DNA of 63,813 bases, the filler included, from Choristocarpus tenellus KU-1152 (lineage: Eukaryota; Protista; Phaeophyceae): assembly GCA_964200185.2 (NCBI GenBank). It is 11 parts of 11 records of this genome, joined end to end, with 100 filler letters (N's around TTAATTAATTAA, not from the genome) between each part and the next. Parts side by side here need not be neighbours in the genome. Positions count along the whole stretch, not along the records: positions 34,193 to 45,751 come from CAXNAD020002256.1; positions 45,852 to 49,245 come from CAXNAD020020332.1; positions 49,346 to 55,997 come from CAXNAD020007651.1; 8 more parts are not named here. One strand, 5' to 3'. Position 1 is the first letter of the stretch. Every line of letters begins with the position of its first letter. Positions 39,660 to 53,000 of the stretch are shown here, in pieces. The position numbers were made by a program, and so were the translations under genes. Under the pieces are notes generated by a model. It did no database searches. It was not told the origin of the DNA and saw only the letters and a list, made by a program, of their open reading frames with translations.

Positions 39660-42510
39660 ATGTGTCAACAAAATCAACTCATGCAGTCTATCTGGTTAAC
39701 TTTAACCCTTGTAAACCTGGTCTTGGCCGGCCGGGCACGAGATCCATTGTTTATTTACGAGTTTCCGCGTGCACAGTGCCTACAAGGGTATTGTTCAGAC
39801 ACAGCAAATTTGTTATCCCCTGCTGTTTTCGGGCACCTACACATCAACACATCAACCACTACTTGCCCTGGATTGGGTGTAGAGACAGATGATCAAAGAC
39901 CGGCCAGTTTGCGCGTTCTCTCAGCGCTCAACTCGAGTCACTTTCTCCAAAAACTAAACAGCACAACAGGGTGGACATTTGAAGCGTGGTTACAACTCGA
40001 TGATTTCAACTCCTGCCCATTGTGTGAATATCGTCAAGTCGTCTCTATTGGCAAGATAGATGAAGATCCTTCAAATCAAATATATGGTCCCAACCTGCGC
40101 TTTCGTCATCAAAGAGAAGGCGAAAACAACACATTTTCGGTACAACTTCGGATTGAAGCCTATGGTTTATCTACAGATCTCATTGCAGGGAATGTTGATG
40201 TCCCCTTGCATAAGCCACTGCATATTGTTTTTAGAATAACTTGGGCACCGAGTGAGGTAGAACCAGGCACTATCGATTGGTATATCAACGGAGCAACTTC
40301 CAATAATTCAGAGAAATTCCCATACACAAATGAGATTATATCCACTTGGGAGGAGGAACACTATCTTCAGATACTGAGCGATAAGTTTTTACCTGCACAA
40401 GATAACCTGTATGCTCCACCTGGAGGGAGCATTTACCTCCTGGCAATGTATGACAGACTCCTCAACATTTCAGAGATAGAGCAGAATTTCCAGTCATCAC
40501 TGACTAACAGTCCACCCATCGCAAATGACATTGTAGTCTTTGTGAACGAAGATGGGGAAATGGACAACACCAAACGGGAGTTTGGTACTACCATATTTGG
40601 TGTCAATTCTTCTCCCATTGATCTTGTAGTGACAGATGCTGATGATGATGAGGACTACCCCACATTTGACCCTCATTCAACTCCAACCTCACCTTTGGTT
40701 TTCATCACCAGCCTGCCATCAAAAGGAACCCTTCTAGATACAACAGGCAATGTTATCATAACTACTCCTTATCCTGTTCCATATGATGCGAATCGAAAGA
40801 ATAGCAATGGATCTGGTTTCACTGTGGAGTATTGCCCAGTGAAGGATGAATTCTCTGGGGCTAGTCCCTACTCATCCTTCACGTACTCGGCAATAGATTC
40901 CAAAACAAATGAAACCAGTGTGGCTCCAGGGACTGTGACAATACACGTCATTTCAATCAATGATCCACCTGTAGCCGAAAATATCTCTGAGACTGTGATT
41001 GCTGGGGTGGAAAAGATATTGTATATTAATGGGACTGATGTCGATAAACAACATGGAGACATGGTGCAGGGTGCCATTGTCAATCATTCCCCTGAACATG
41101 GAGTGTTGTATCAGGTGCGTGAATTTTGCTGCATTTTTGCTGGGAGGACGATTTTCAGTGACCTTAACTAAACCCTGGAGTCTCTGGTGCCTATCTCGTT
41201 TAACTGCTCACATTGCAATTTTATTGATATCATGTACGTAAACCTTCCAGGTGTATTCCAATGGTTCCCGATCCAGTGTGGTTGCCAGCTCTGGAGATGC
41301 ACTTTGGGGAAAATTGGTATCATACGTGTACACTGGAAACCTTTCATACACCCAAAACTTCAATCAAGCAGAATGGAATGATGTCATTGGTGAAGATACC
41401 TTCACTTTCCGAGTCATTGACACCAATGATGAATTATCAATAGCACCAGGTAGTGCAATCCTATTGATCCTTAGTGGCATAACTGCCTTACCACCTGAAA
41501 GCCTTGGAAATCCATCTTGGCAATGCACTGAGGATGAAGACCAATCTATCTTCATGTTCGCACAATATAGACCGAGTCAAGTATCACGAGATCTGGAATT
41601 CGTCATTTCTGGAACGCCTCATCATGGTGTTTTGTACAGTAATTCCAATGAGATGGTCAGTGTAGGAGATAAACTTGACGCAACAAAGGATGGAGATTAC
41701 AACAGGGCATCCGTGATATACCACCCACAACGGAACTACTTCAATTCACCACAGAGTCACTTCAACGAAAACACAAAGGAGAACTTGCTCAAGTTTTATG
41801 CTCAGGAGAAGAGCAACAGTGATCAACATTCCAGAGAGGCAATTCAATACCTAAAAGTAGTAAATGTAAATGATGCAACCCTGATCACGTGCCCAAGTGA
41901 CATCTACGAAGTTCAAGCCATTGGAATGAGCACATTAAATTCAGCCAATGAGGTTGAGTTCAAAGACCGAGTATACCTGACCGGATTTGTCATTAATGAC
42001 CCTGATGGAGGCAGTGATCTTGTTGGAGTAACAATGACAACAAAATATGGACTTCTGAGCCTCAATCCAAACCATCTTGACAAGTTGGATTTCAATTCTG
42101 TCTCTGTATGCCTTGAAAGTGACTGGGTATGTCATGGAAGTGGGTCTAGTGATCAAAGACTGCAATTTGCTGGTTTTCCCCAACATGTAGAAAGAGCATT
42201 GAATGGGATGACATACCAAACACACATTTCAGGTGTCACCGATACCATTGTTCTTACAATTCATGATGATTACAACGCAGTGAATTGTGACCAGGAGATG
42301 TTGGCATCAACAGATCATCCCACTTGCTGGCGTGAGTCATGTAACATTACAGTTGCAACAACTCCCTACATATTTGAAAATTATGTGGATACAACAGGTA
42401 GCAACAAAGTTACTGACATTCTTCCCCTGCAGGTGTGGGGGAGCATAATTGCAGGTTGGATTATTGTCACATTAGCAACAACATACAACACCTTTGTTCG
42501 AAGATCATAG
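39660..42510 (+). CDS. Cell-surface protein, 904 aa: signal peptide, LamG/concanavalin-like domain, Ig/cadherin-like repeats, C-terminal TM helix (exons 39660-41114 and 41251-42510)
   Basis: Hydrophobic N-terminus (IWLTLTLVNLVLAG); WTFEAWL, HIVF, WYING, LLAMYDRLLN..EI.QNF (LamG-like); NSPPIA..NEDG, ITSLPSKGTL, SFTYSAID, INDPPVA, DTFTFRV, VNDA repeats; VWGSIIAGWIIVTLA TM. Phase-0 GT-AG intron 41115-41250. Confidence 0.85.
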
Positions 42511-45500
42511 CCCAAATCAAATCCAGACAATTCTGCTGATGCACAGATACTCGTAACACCACTCAAGTCTCTTCCATCTTGCGATCACAGTGAAATGTGC
42601 TCTGTCATTGCCTGGACTCTGCATCAAGATATGCCTGACCATATGGATTGAATTCATTGCCATGAACCTTGCCTACCACACTGGCCAAAACAGCCTTTTC
42701 CTCCATAGCTTTGACATCTTCATCACTCAGCTTCCGAACAAACCTAACCAAGGAGGGTTCAATTGCTTGTTGTCAAAAAGTATACTATGGTATGGATTCG
42801 GTTCACTCATGCAGCCAAACAATGCTCTACAAAACAAAAATGAGTGGAAAGGACGGCAGATCAACCAAGAGGATCACCCACCCGTTGTGATCAAGATGAA
42901 GGTATCTACAGGAAGTCAACCACAAAATACCAAGACTAATCCTGTATGAGCTGAAGTATAAATAGCAGTAAATTCAGTATGCATGTCCTAATCTGCACAA
43001 AGAGAAAAAAATGCTGCACCTTTAAGCACATTTCAGATGTAGACAATAATGTGTTGAACTCACTTTGCTGGGTTGCCAGCCCACAACTCATTTCCAGGTA
43101 CCAGCTGACCAGGTGGGATAACAGTCCCAGCACCGATCCTCCCCCCACCCTCTACAACAGAGCCTTCTGAGACAACAGCTCCCGCCCCAATGTGACACCT
43201 TGTGCATCAGGGATAGGTACAGTCACCACAGTGGTAATCACCAGATAAAAACAGCACATACCAATGGTAGTTTCTATATGGATGGTTAACACTTCATAGC
43301 TTGCACCATTGCACATTTCACTAAATCATTCCTCATCATGTTCCCTTTATCACAAATGAAATTTCTAGGACAGTCATTGTCCATGCTTGCATGCACTCTC
43401 ATGATTCATTAGGAATACTGTACATGAATTGATCCGAAATCACCATGATTAAACTAATCAAAGAACAATCAACATTGGAAAAAAGGATAAAAGATAATGG
43501 GTTATTTCAAAGTTCAAATCCCCAGACTAAACATCTATAACTTGACCAAAGCATTCACATTCTAAGGGGGGGTTGCCGTCTACTATGCCAGGTTGGTATT
43601 GAATTTAGTCCTCCATGTAGCAAGGGTGAGGCTGAGACAATGCATTCTCATTACTGTAGATGGCGTTTTCCTGTAAGAGGTCAACATCTTGTCATACCCT
43701 CTTTTCCCTTCAAAATTTATGAACATGGATGAGGTCGACCAGCAGCAGCCAGCAACAATGTCTCCCTAGGGCGCTCTGAATTAAAAAGGAGCAGTTGGTA
43801 GACCTTTATCTGTTCATGGTTTCGCGTCTCAACATGATGATGATGAGAGACTGCCTGCTGCACTAGATAAACAATTGTTGTATAGCAAACAGAAGCTAAA
43901 AAGTCAAGTCTCTCACACAAAACACCTGCAAATTGGAAGATACTCAACAAACCCAAACTCCGAGCAACCATAATTAATTTCTCCCAAGTGCTATACGTGA
44001 CAGAAAGAGTGCTTGACTAGACTCTACGCAGGAAAAGGCCCTAGGAATACATGCCATACAGCAACATAAGCACCACCTTTGGGTAAACATTTGACCATGC
44101 TGAAAGGTAAAACCATCTTTGACGTCAATAATTAGTGTAACAGAACTTGGGAATATATAATTGACACATGAACCCTCAGGGTTACAAATCTGACAATAAA
44201 AAAAGCACTTCAAATTCAACTATTCTGAACAGCACTAGACTCAATACATCCAAAGGTCAGCTTCACCTAGCCTACACTCAAAACATCCACCTCACCACCA
44301 GAAAACACGTTGAGTCTACAGGATTATAAGGTCATTTCCTGCATGGATCATGTTGAATGCATGGAGTTCAACAGCAACCAAGATAGGAACAAAAGTAGAC
44401 AGTGCCTAGTTATTGGTACATACGAGTGATAACTGTATGACGATTTGTTGAAGGTCCCAAAATCATAATGGTATTTAACTTCAATAAGACTAACCAACAG
44501 CACTGGGCATGCTTCCTCAGATACCAAATTTACCACACTGCATCTCCCTTATAGACCTTTATTCTGCCAAGATTAAAATCGCCACACTGCATCCCCCTCA
44601 AGTTAAATCAAACACAAACCATAGAAGGTACAGATACCTTAACCATTACAACCCAAGTAACAGCAGCCTTTTTGGCATATTGCCAAACCACTTCAATGAG
44701 CAATTTCTTGTTAAGCCAAATTATACCCATTATCAATTCGTGCAAGACAGCAGCACTTCCACCACCCTAATCCCTATGACATCACAGGTAGTCTGTTGTG
44801 CCGATCAGGATCAGTATTCAAGTTCTTCATTTTATTACTCATTTTATTATTCCTCCAAGTGAGTATGGTTTTGGACTGAAAAAAACGCCACTGGTTGGTA
44901 TGTTGGTACTTGACTGCTTGTGGTACTTGAAAGATTGTAGTACATCAACTACCTATACGCACCACATCAGTGTTCCAGCAAATGGTTACTTGTCTTGCCA
45001 AACCCATCAAATTGTTAATGCACCCACCCATTTGGGGAAGCTTGTGCAAATCCTACTGAAGGCTTTTCCCACAAATTTCAATGCCACAATCACACCCTGC
45101 TACACCATTGCTACAACCAGTTCAAACTGGAATAAATAAAAAAATGTGTACAGAGTGTTTTACACATCACAACTTTTTCTCACATGACAAACTTCAACAG
45201 CTAAAATGTACACGTAAGAACTTTTGCTACTCTGGAGGTTTGATGTGAGTGGTGTCAAAAACCTGGAATTCAGCATAAAATCGGATTCTAAAACTGCACG
45301 GTGCAATTCTATTTCTCCACATATTATTACCACATATTTGAAATTTGGTAATTATTGATCAAGTATATCGAGTCAGTAATGATGCCCCTGAGGTAGACGT
45401 AATTAAATTTCCTTAAAGATAATCTCAAAAATATTCCAGGCCAGTCACTTGAAAAGTTGCCAAAGCATTTGGTCTAGTAACATGAAGCACTCAAAGAGCA

Positions 45501-45851
45501 CTGTGCACTAACAGAATACTAAACCCAGAGAAGAATGAGGAATGGCAAACAGTTCGAATCTAAACAAGTGGCACACGTTTGGGAAACATCAAATTTGAGA
45601 TATTAGCTTGAAAACAATCTCATCAAAATTACCCCTGTATCCCCTTTCAAAATCAATATTTAGTGAAGATCAGCTCCAAAGTGATATCAACTTTTAAAAT
45701 ATTTTTCAAGTAGTTTTCTTTGCACAATAGGGTCAAAGTATCTTGGGGGGGNNNNNNNNNNNNNNNNNNNNNNNNNNNNNNNNNNNNNNNNNNNNTTAAT
45801 TAATTAANNNNNNNNNNNNNNNNNNNNNNNNNNNNNNNNNNNNNNNNNNNN

Positions 45852-46010
45852 CTTGTTTTGGTAACCAAGCATAGTATTCATGTCTTGCAACCTGATTATG
45901 AGGAAGAAATTATCCGCCTCCAGGGAACCTTGAATGCTCTCCTGATGCAGCAACAACGTCATGATCTTTGTAAAAGTGGGCACATCACAGAGGATGAGCT
46001 GAACAATTGA
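45852..46010 (+). CDS. Probable last coding segment of a gene cut by the gap (kaptin-like C-terminus?)
   Basis: Open frame from the contig edge: LVLVTKHSIHVLQPDYEEEIIRLQGTLNALLMQQQRHDLCKSGHITEDELNN*. The kaptin resemblance is from memory only. Confidence 0.35.
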   Translation, partial: LVLVTKHSIHVLQPDYEEEIIRLQGTLNALLMQQQRHDLCKSGHITEDELNN

Positions 46011-46509
46011 GAAGCGATTGCCGTACCTGTTGATAAATCCCCCCCAAAAAATTATAATGAGTACCAGGACAGAACCCTAATGCTGACTGAGTTCGACAAA
46101 GTCAAAAGTTATTGATTGCAGCGCTCAAAGGCGATTCATCAGTTAGAATAGCAAAGAGTGCACAAATAAAGGAAAGCAAGCATCCATATCAAACATATAA
46201 TATTCCTCATGGTATCATTCAGCAAAGTGTTTTATGAAAAAAGTAATTTAATGCAGGAGGCTTGCTTCTTGCAAGGCTGGAGGCCACGTACTCACTCATG
46301 AAAAAGGTTTTGAAACAAGAACACAATCTCACAGGCAACTAGTAAGTCAAACCACACTTCTATGTGATGCTATCCTCCTCATCACCATGAGGAAGGCTTG
46401 CAATATGCGAGGCCACCATCAACACCTCATCCTGATGCCTACCAACGTCAAACAAAAACTCAACACTTATCAGAAACTGCTCTAGTCTTGATACAGGTAT
46501 TGTGCACAA

Positions 46510-47469
46510 CTAGGACGTCAGCTGTGAAGTCGCAGATTTTTCCTGCCTGTCCACGATGAATGCCTTAGCTGTTTCGTACGCCCCGAAGAAGATGGCACCG
46601 CCAAACGCTATGGACGTCATACGAGGCACCGCACCAGCGAAAAGCGCCCCAGTCCCCTCCTCTTGAAGGATGACCTGAAGGCAGTTCCCCACGCCTTTGT
46701 ACTGCCCAGGATTTGCTGTCATCAGTCGTGTCTTCACGACATCCAGAGGGGTGGTCAGCCCAGCTGATATACCTCCAGCGACAGAGCCGCAAAGTGAACC
46801 CTGCCAAGGAGCAAGCTTGTCGCCCTTGGCCTTGGCCCACTCGCTCTTGAACCACTCGTAGAGAGGAAACTCGATGATATCAAAGGGAAGATCCCGCAGA
46901 GCCAGGGCCCCCCATCCCGTATACAATCCCCTTGGGCCCTGGGTTTTCAGTATGCTGGACAGGGCTGCCCGTCCAGTCGTGTCAACCCCAGCTTGCACTC
47001 GCTGCTTCACCACCTCGAACGGCACACGCACAATGCTCTGCGTAAGATCAGCTCCTGCAGCCGCCCCGCTGTGTGCTAGAGCAGCATATTTCTCCGGGAG
47101 CTTCTTGGTGAGTACAGTCTTGAAGGTGTCATAAGCGCCAAAGAAAACCGCCGCGCACGGTGCACTGGCAGCGATGGCCGGGGCAACCCCGTTGAAGAGC
47201 CCTTCGAATGTCTTCAGCGAGAGCTTTGCTCCTGCGGTGGCTTGAAGCCTTGTCTTGACAGTATCGAGAGGAAAAAGGACAAGATCCACCGTGGTCCCAG
47301 CCACTGCCCCAGAAATGAGCCCTGTCACAAAGCTATCCTTTGCTGACTTGGTCTCGGTCTTCACCGTGTTACGTCCACCATTGGTAGACGTTTTGCTCTG
47401 CTGCTGTGCTGCATTACCCGCTGGAAGCGTCAAAAGCATCAAGGCCAAACATCCTTGTAAGATTTTCAT
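46510..47469 (-). CDS. Mitochondrial carrier family protein, S-adenosylmethionine carrier type, with N-terminal signal peptide
   Basis: Three carrier signatures PLDTVKTR, PFEVVKQR, PLDVVKTR; SAMC-typical DLVLFPLDTVKTRLQ and RDLPFDIIEFPLYE; first ATG gives MKILQGCLALMLLTLPAGNA; uninterrupted ORF. Confidence 0.93.
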   Translation of the reverse strand: MKILQGCLALMLLTLPAGNAAQQQSKTSTNGGRNTVKTETKSAKDSFVTGLISGAVAGTTVDLVLFPLDTVKTRLQATAGAKLSLKTFEGLFNGVAPAIAASAPCAAVFFGAYDTFKTVLTKKLPEKYAALAHSGAAAGADLTQSIVRVPFEVVKQRVQAGVDTTGRAALSSILKTQGPRGLYTGWGALALRDLPFDIIEFPLYEWFKSEWAKAKGDKLAPWQGSLCGSVAGGISAGLTTPLDVVKTRLMTANPGQYKGVGNCLQVILQEEGTGALFAGAVPRMTSIAFGGAIFFGAYETAKAFIVDRQEKSATSQLTS

Positions 47470-48173
47470 AATGAAGCTATCCGTTTTGTGCAGCTGCCAG
47501 GTGTCGATGAAGGATGGTCTCCACTTTGCACCCCACAATCTCTCTCTCTACCTATGAACATGAACATGATAAGCAATGAACGCCTTCCACGTGTTGGTTT
47601 AGATTATGGAAGATTTTACTTCATTCAGTGATAGAACCCATCAAACGACTTTCCTTTATTGATGCGTAAAACGTCCCCTCAGGTTGCCCTCACATACCTA
47701 GATCATCGTGTGACTCACCGTAATTTGTGGTGTATGACCTGCCCCTTAATTTTCTGTCCTACTTTCTCTCCTTCTTACCCCCCTCCGTAACGTATAAAAT
47801 GTGTTAAACGTACATCTTACTCCAACAACAACGACATCGAAAAGAAAAATAGTATCTGTTGCAATATGTATATTGATAGCCCAACCATCCACTTCCACTG
47901 GAAATCGTGATTTAGAGACAGTGAGTGATCTTACGATCTTACAAGAAGAGGAAAAGAAGAGATGACACAGACTGAGAGATAATAAAACCGACACGATCTG
48001 CAGTAATGATATACTCTAATCCTGCACGACTCACCTGTGAGACAGGGAGACAACACACAAGAGGAATGGGGAAGAAAAAACTTTGTGGCAGAGTGCATAT
48101 GCTCCCTCATACCTACTACATTCAAGACTTTCAAGTATCGTGATAGATTAATCATTATCGTGTGGGGTGGATG

Positions 48174-48211
<38 letters not shown>

Positions 48212-48352
48212 GTGCTTGAAAAGGTGCAGCAAATTATCGGCGAACTGATTACTATGTGGTACGGCATCATCGATTACGATTATTATTTGTGTGGTGAGTG
48301 TTAGGGGACAGAGTGGAACAGTTGTTATTGTTATTGTTATTGTTATTGTTAT
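48174..48352. repeat. (TAT)n and (TTGTTA)n microsatellites
   Basis: Runs at 48174-48210 and 48321-48352. Confidence 0.9.
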
Positions 48353-48534
48353 GTTATAGTAATAATTCTAAACCTTTTTAAAATAGAGTGGTGGGGTTTA
48401 GTAGTATTCTAGAGGGTTTTGTCGCACGTCACTCCATTCCACAATACCCTGTACTTACATATATCTTGTCTTTCATCCCTTTATCATGATCAAAGTTGAA
48501 AACTCCTTAAGTTGTACATTATCCCATGCTTTAT

Positions 48535-48652
48535 ACTGTGCAAATTACCTTGGGAGGTAATGCTATTTGTTGTAGTGAAGATAAGAAGGTGTGAAGCCTC
48601 ACATGACCCCCTTTGCTGAACGTGAATACATAATCCCATACATAATCCGGAT
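48535..48652 (-). repeat. Inverted dispersed copy of the 24.5-25.4 kb repeat unit
   Basis: Reverse complement reads gtgaggcttcacaccttcttatcttcactac..aaatagcattacctcccaag. Confidence 0.75.
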
Positions 48653-50015
48653 GTNNNNNNNNATGGACTCAATTCAACACAATAATCTCATATACATAAA
48701 ATAAGGTACACCTCACTATTGTCCTATTTTGCACATAATATACTACTATAATATATTCAAATGTGTAGACGACATTCTTCTAGACAATTTCTTGAAGTTC
48801 ATGCAATGATGTTACAACTATTGGGTGATGATATCCTATACTTTATAACAGTAGGTTCACTTAGACGTTCTTCAACATATTTTATTATTATGTCCTCTGA
48901 CATTTTGCTTCAACATAATTTCTTCAAGAAGAGTGTTTGCGTGAGCTTACACTGTCACCTCATCGCCTCATCCCTTCCCTGTTCTATACTACAAACAACA
49001 GTAGTTCATGCCTCCATATTCTTCTAAGTAATATATATTATTATATATCCTATATAGTTATATTCCTCAAGATAGTACATGCTATATGACAGTCAAATAT
49101 TTCAAGAGTCATTGTATGAACTTACATCCCCTTATCCCATACCTATCCTAGATGTAAACTACCTCAAATAATAAAAAGCCTGGGCCTTGACACAACCGCT
49201 GGAACCAGCATGCCAGATCCCCCCTCAGGAATTCCAGCTCACAATNNNNNNNNNNNNNNNNNNNNNNNNNNNNNNNNNNNNNNNNNNNNTTAATTAATTA
49301 ANNNNNNNNNNNNNNNNNNNNNNNNNNNNNNNNNNNNNNNNNNNNAAAAAAACAAAAAAAAAAAAAATTTGTCCGGCCAGGCATCCTTTGTTTTGGTGGT
49401 GGGGGGGGGGGGGGGGGGGGGGGGCATTCAGACAAAATATTGAAATCTGCATGGTAGAAAATAAGCAGCAGGAAGACCATCGATATAAGACGTAAGCCAT
49501 CCACTGTCCCAAGGCCACGGGCTCATATGGAACAAGGCAATAGTAATTTGAGGAGGCAAAACACTAGTGTATCATTCCGGGTCCTTATCCACAAACTCAT
49601 ATGCCCCAGTCAAGCACCTGCAGAATGTGGTTGCTTGCCTCCATAAAAACATTTATGCTCTGGTACCAGGAAAGGAAGCCTCTCTTGAGACTGTGTTGAT
49701 CAGCAGTCTCTGGAGGCAACCAGGTGAATATCTTACTGGGCCCACCCTCCCTGCTTCTCTAAAGGACTCACTTCCCTCATGAAATATCACCTGTCGTACC
49801 AAGGGACAACTCCAGTACTGTTCGACAAATCAAAGAGTAAAAATGATATAAAAATACAAGTTTCTGCATGTACTATTGTAGGAATTTTGAGGCCCTTCCC
49901 CTTCACTGATGTAAGTTGCAAGATCATACGTAACCCTATCTGACCTACAACCTGTCTTTCAAACCCCCCCTCCTTACAGCCAAACACCCCTACCTTGTTT
50001 GGATCAGAACCTCAC

Positions 50016-53000
50016 CTGCCAAGTGTTTGCACGATGCTCCCCACCAGGTGACTTGAGATTGTCCCCCCAGGGGTACAAACTTGGCTCCCTCAGATACTCC
50101 TCTCCCCCACTTAAACTGTCATCCCTTCCATTTTCATCACCCACAACAGTACCCTGGGCAGCCTTCTCCCACTCTGCCTCAGTTGGCAAGCGCCCCCCTC
50201 GCCACTTGCAAAACGCCTCAGCATCATTCCACGAAACCTATTTTAGTTCAAGCAAGAATGGGGGGAGGAAAAGTAAAAGGCTAGGAGCCCTCGGCAAGGA
50301 CGGAGAAAGATAGGATTACCAACTGAATACCTACATTTCTGCTGTCACTCACTTTCAATTAATAGCCATAGGGCTATTCTCTTACTACACACTATTCGAT
50401 GTACTCAGTAGGTCACAAGTTGGCGTGGCGGTTTCTACCGCAGAACGTAATAATGTGGACGGTTGCACCTTGCTTGATTCATCACCCCAGGTCTCTTTTC
50501 AGTCTCCCAATGGCCCAGTGGTGCTACCAACTCGGCCACACCATACCATCAACACTCTCGGGGGGAAAAAACAAAAAAAAACAAGAACAGACCCAGTGTC
50601 AATTTTCTTCGCACACAACACAGAGCTTTACCCCTTTATAGGAACACATGTCTCCATACCGACTCAGCTCTGCGCTTCCCCCGATAGATTGTCAATCCCT
50701 CTCCAATGAAATACTATTTACCCTCCACCCACATGAGTAGCCGGGTGGTTATCCCTGCCATCCAACAGAGCATCCGATCCATCCCGTCCTTCCGGATACC
50801 TCCAGGAAGCACCCTGCACTGGTAGCCACCACTCGGCGCCAGCCACAGCCTGCGCACACACAAAGGGTGAGTAAATGCCAGAGGATGCGGAGGGAAGCCA
50901 CGGGGTGGGAGGGGCGTGGATCCTTTTCATGTCTAGGGCGCAAGACAGCTTCCTAACCACGTGTCAGAACGAATGAACAATGCTCGCGCAGTGTGTGTTC
51001 TAGCATTTAACAAAAAGAGTACAGTTTGGTGCGGTTCAAATAAATCACCACTAATAATAGAAACCAAAAATCGAAGAGTGATTTTGTTCGATCGGCTGAT
51101 TGATCTTTTTTTTTTTTTTTTTTCCGCATGAAGCAAGGAACGGCCCACCGTGGAGCTTGACGATCAGGCACGCACCTGCATTCGTGTGCCCCGCTAGCGA
51201 TCTTCGATGATAGTTACGCGTAAGCGAAGATTTCTTCTTTTTTTTTCTTTCTAGGAGATGAAACAACTAAAACTCATGACTCGTTAAAATAAAAAAAAAT
51301 GACATTTTTTCGATTCGCAATGAAAACGAAAGATAACAGAAGCTGTCAAGGTTCTAAAAAAAAAACTCTCTCTCCAGGAGATACGGTCAAAAAATAGAAG
51401 CAAAAGCACAGCTTTCGTATCTCCAGAGAGCGCATTGCACCATACTTCCTCTTCTAGGTAGCACTGAGGGTTTGCGAGGACTACAGCGAAACATTTAAGA
51501 AGATTGGACAAAAGGAAATGAACTCACTCTAAGCCTTCACTGCCAATGCGGCAAGATGCCATGCGAAGCATCGGTCACCGGAAAGGGGGGAAGGGGGCAA
51601 GAGGACACATGTTCCCTTCTCATGCACCAGAATGCCATACACCTCCTCGGATGGGCATGCCTGTAGAGCTACCAATTATCATGGAAAAAAATAGTAGCGA
51701 AACAGATGTAGATATGCATGTTCTAGAGCACCGTGGGTACTGTGAGGGTGTTCTATGGCAAGACATCACCAACTCATGTAAACTTGTACCTGGTGAATGC
51801 GCCTCTGCTGGCTCGGTGATAGCATGAGGTGGAAAACAAAGGACCACCCATACTTCTCACTATCTGTGACATATGAAGTGTTGCTGACAAACTCAGAGAA
51901 GTCGCGGGTCGTCACCATGTATCTATGCAACGTTGGTTTGTAGTTGTTGGGGGGAGCATTGGGAGGGAGGGGGGGGTTGGTGTTCACGGTTGCATGCCAT
52001 TGCTATTTAGGTACTATCTACCAAGGCACGGGGTGCTTTGACCTGTCTCCTGCTTCAGGGCAGAATGCTGAGCAACAGTACTATGTACTAGTGCAATACT
52101 ACCCTCTTAGAACATCCTCTTCTGCCAGAGCATCAAGTATGAGATAATGTTTTGTCGTGTCCATTCAAAATGGCAACATCTCCCTTGTCGTGACACGCCT
52201 CCAGCTGTTGGGAAAATATAGAACCCTCTTCCTCTGTGGTATGTTTACACAGTAATGTCGCATCAAAGTAAATCACAAGTACAAAAGCTTGTCAGAATCT
52301 GACTCCCAGGCACGATACAGCATTCTTCCTTCACTGAGTTGAGCCCTGCAACTCAAGTGGCATCACTGCACTCCCACCCCTTGCCTACTTTCCTGGTAAA
52401 CCTACTACTGCAGCACCAAATCCAAAAATCTCATATCTCTGGATGTCCACATTCCAACATTGGAATCTTGCCCATACACCACCATCAAACTGCTATGTTC
52501 AATAACCCAATCGATGGAATCAAGCCCCCCATTCGCACGAACCTACAGTATATACCTCATTATTGACGCCTCCCCCCAGCAATCATTGTGTTGCCTGATA
52601 GTATCCCATCCCTTCTCATTGTCAAGGAACAGTGTAATTGTACTACTCTCACAGGTAAACCTAGGCACTGCAATGCAAGCAAAAGATTTAATTATCCTAT
52701 CCCAGACGAATTCTCTGTTGCTCCAAAAGACATGCATCTTATACCCAACAACCTCTGTCTTATTAGCCGAAACCATACACAAAGGAGAAGGGCCATAAGA
52801 GGAGACAAACACAAGGCGAGTCGCTGCTCATTCACGAGGGTTGTATTGCTTGGGGGTCGAGCTGCAGACAAATAGGACTAATGCATGTCAAACGTTTTGA
52901 GAAATTGTCCTGAGTAGACCAGAAGCTTAAGTGTTAACCTGGTCAGGTTTAGTCCGCATGGGTAGGGTAGGGGGGAGAAATCAAGCAACCACTCCAGACT

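Noticed and set aside
39660-42510. Bacterial contamination
   Set aside because: The gene has a GT-AG intron and shares a contig with a spliced eukaryotic gene.
47470-47538. N-terminal extension of the carrier shown in the ORF track
   Set aside because: It starts at a non-ATG codon; the first ATG (47469) gives a clean signal peptide.
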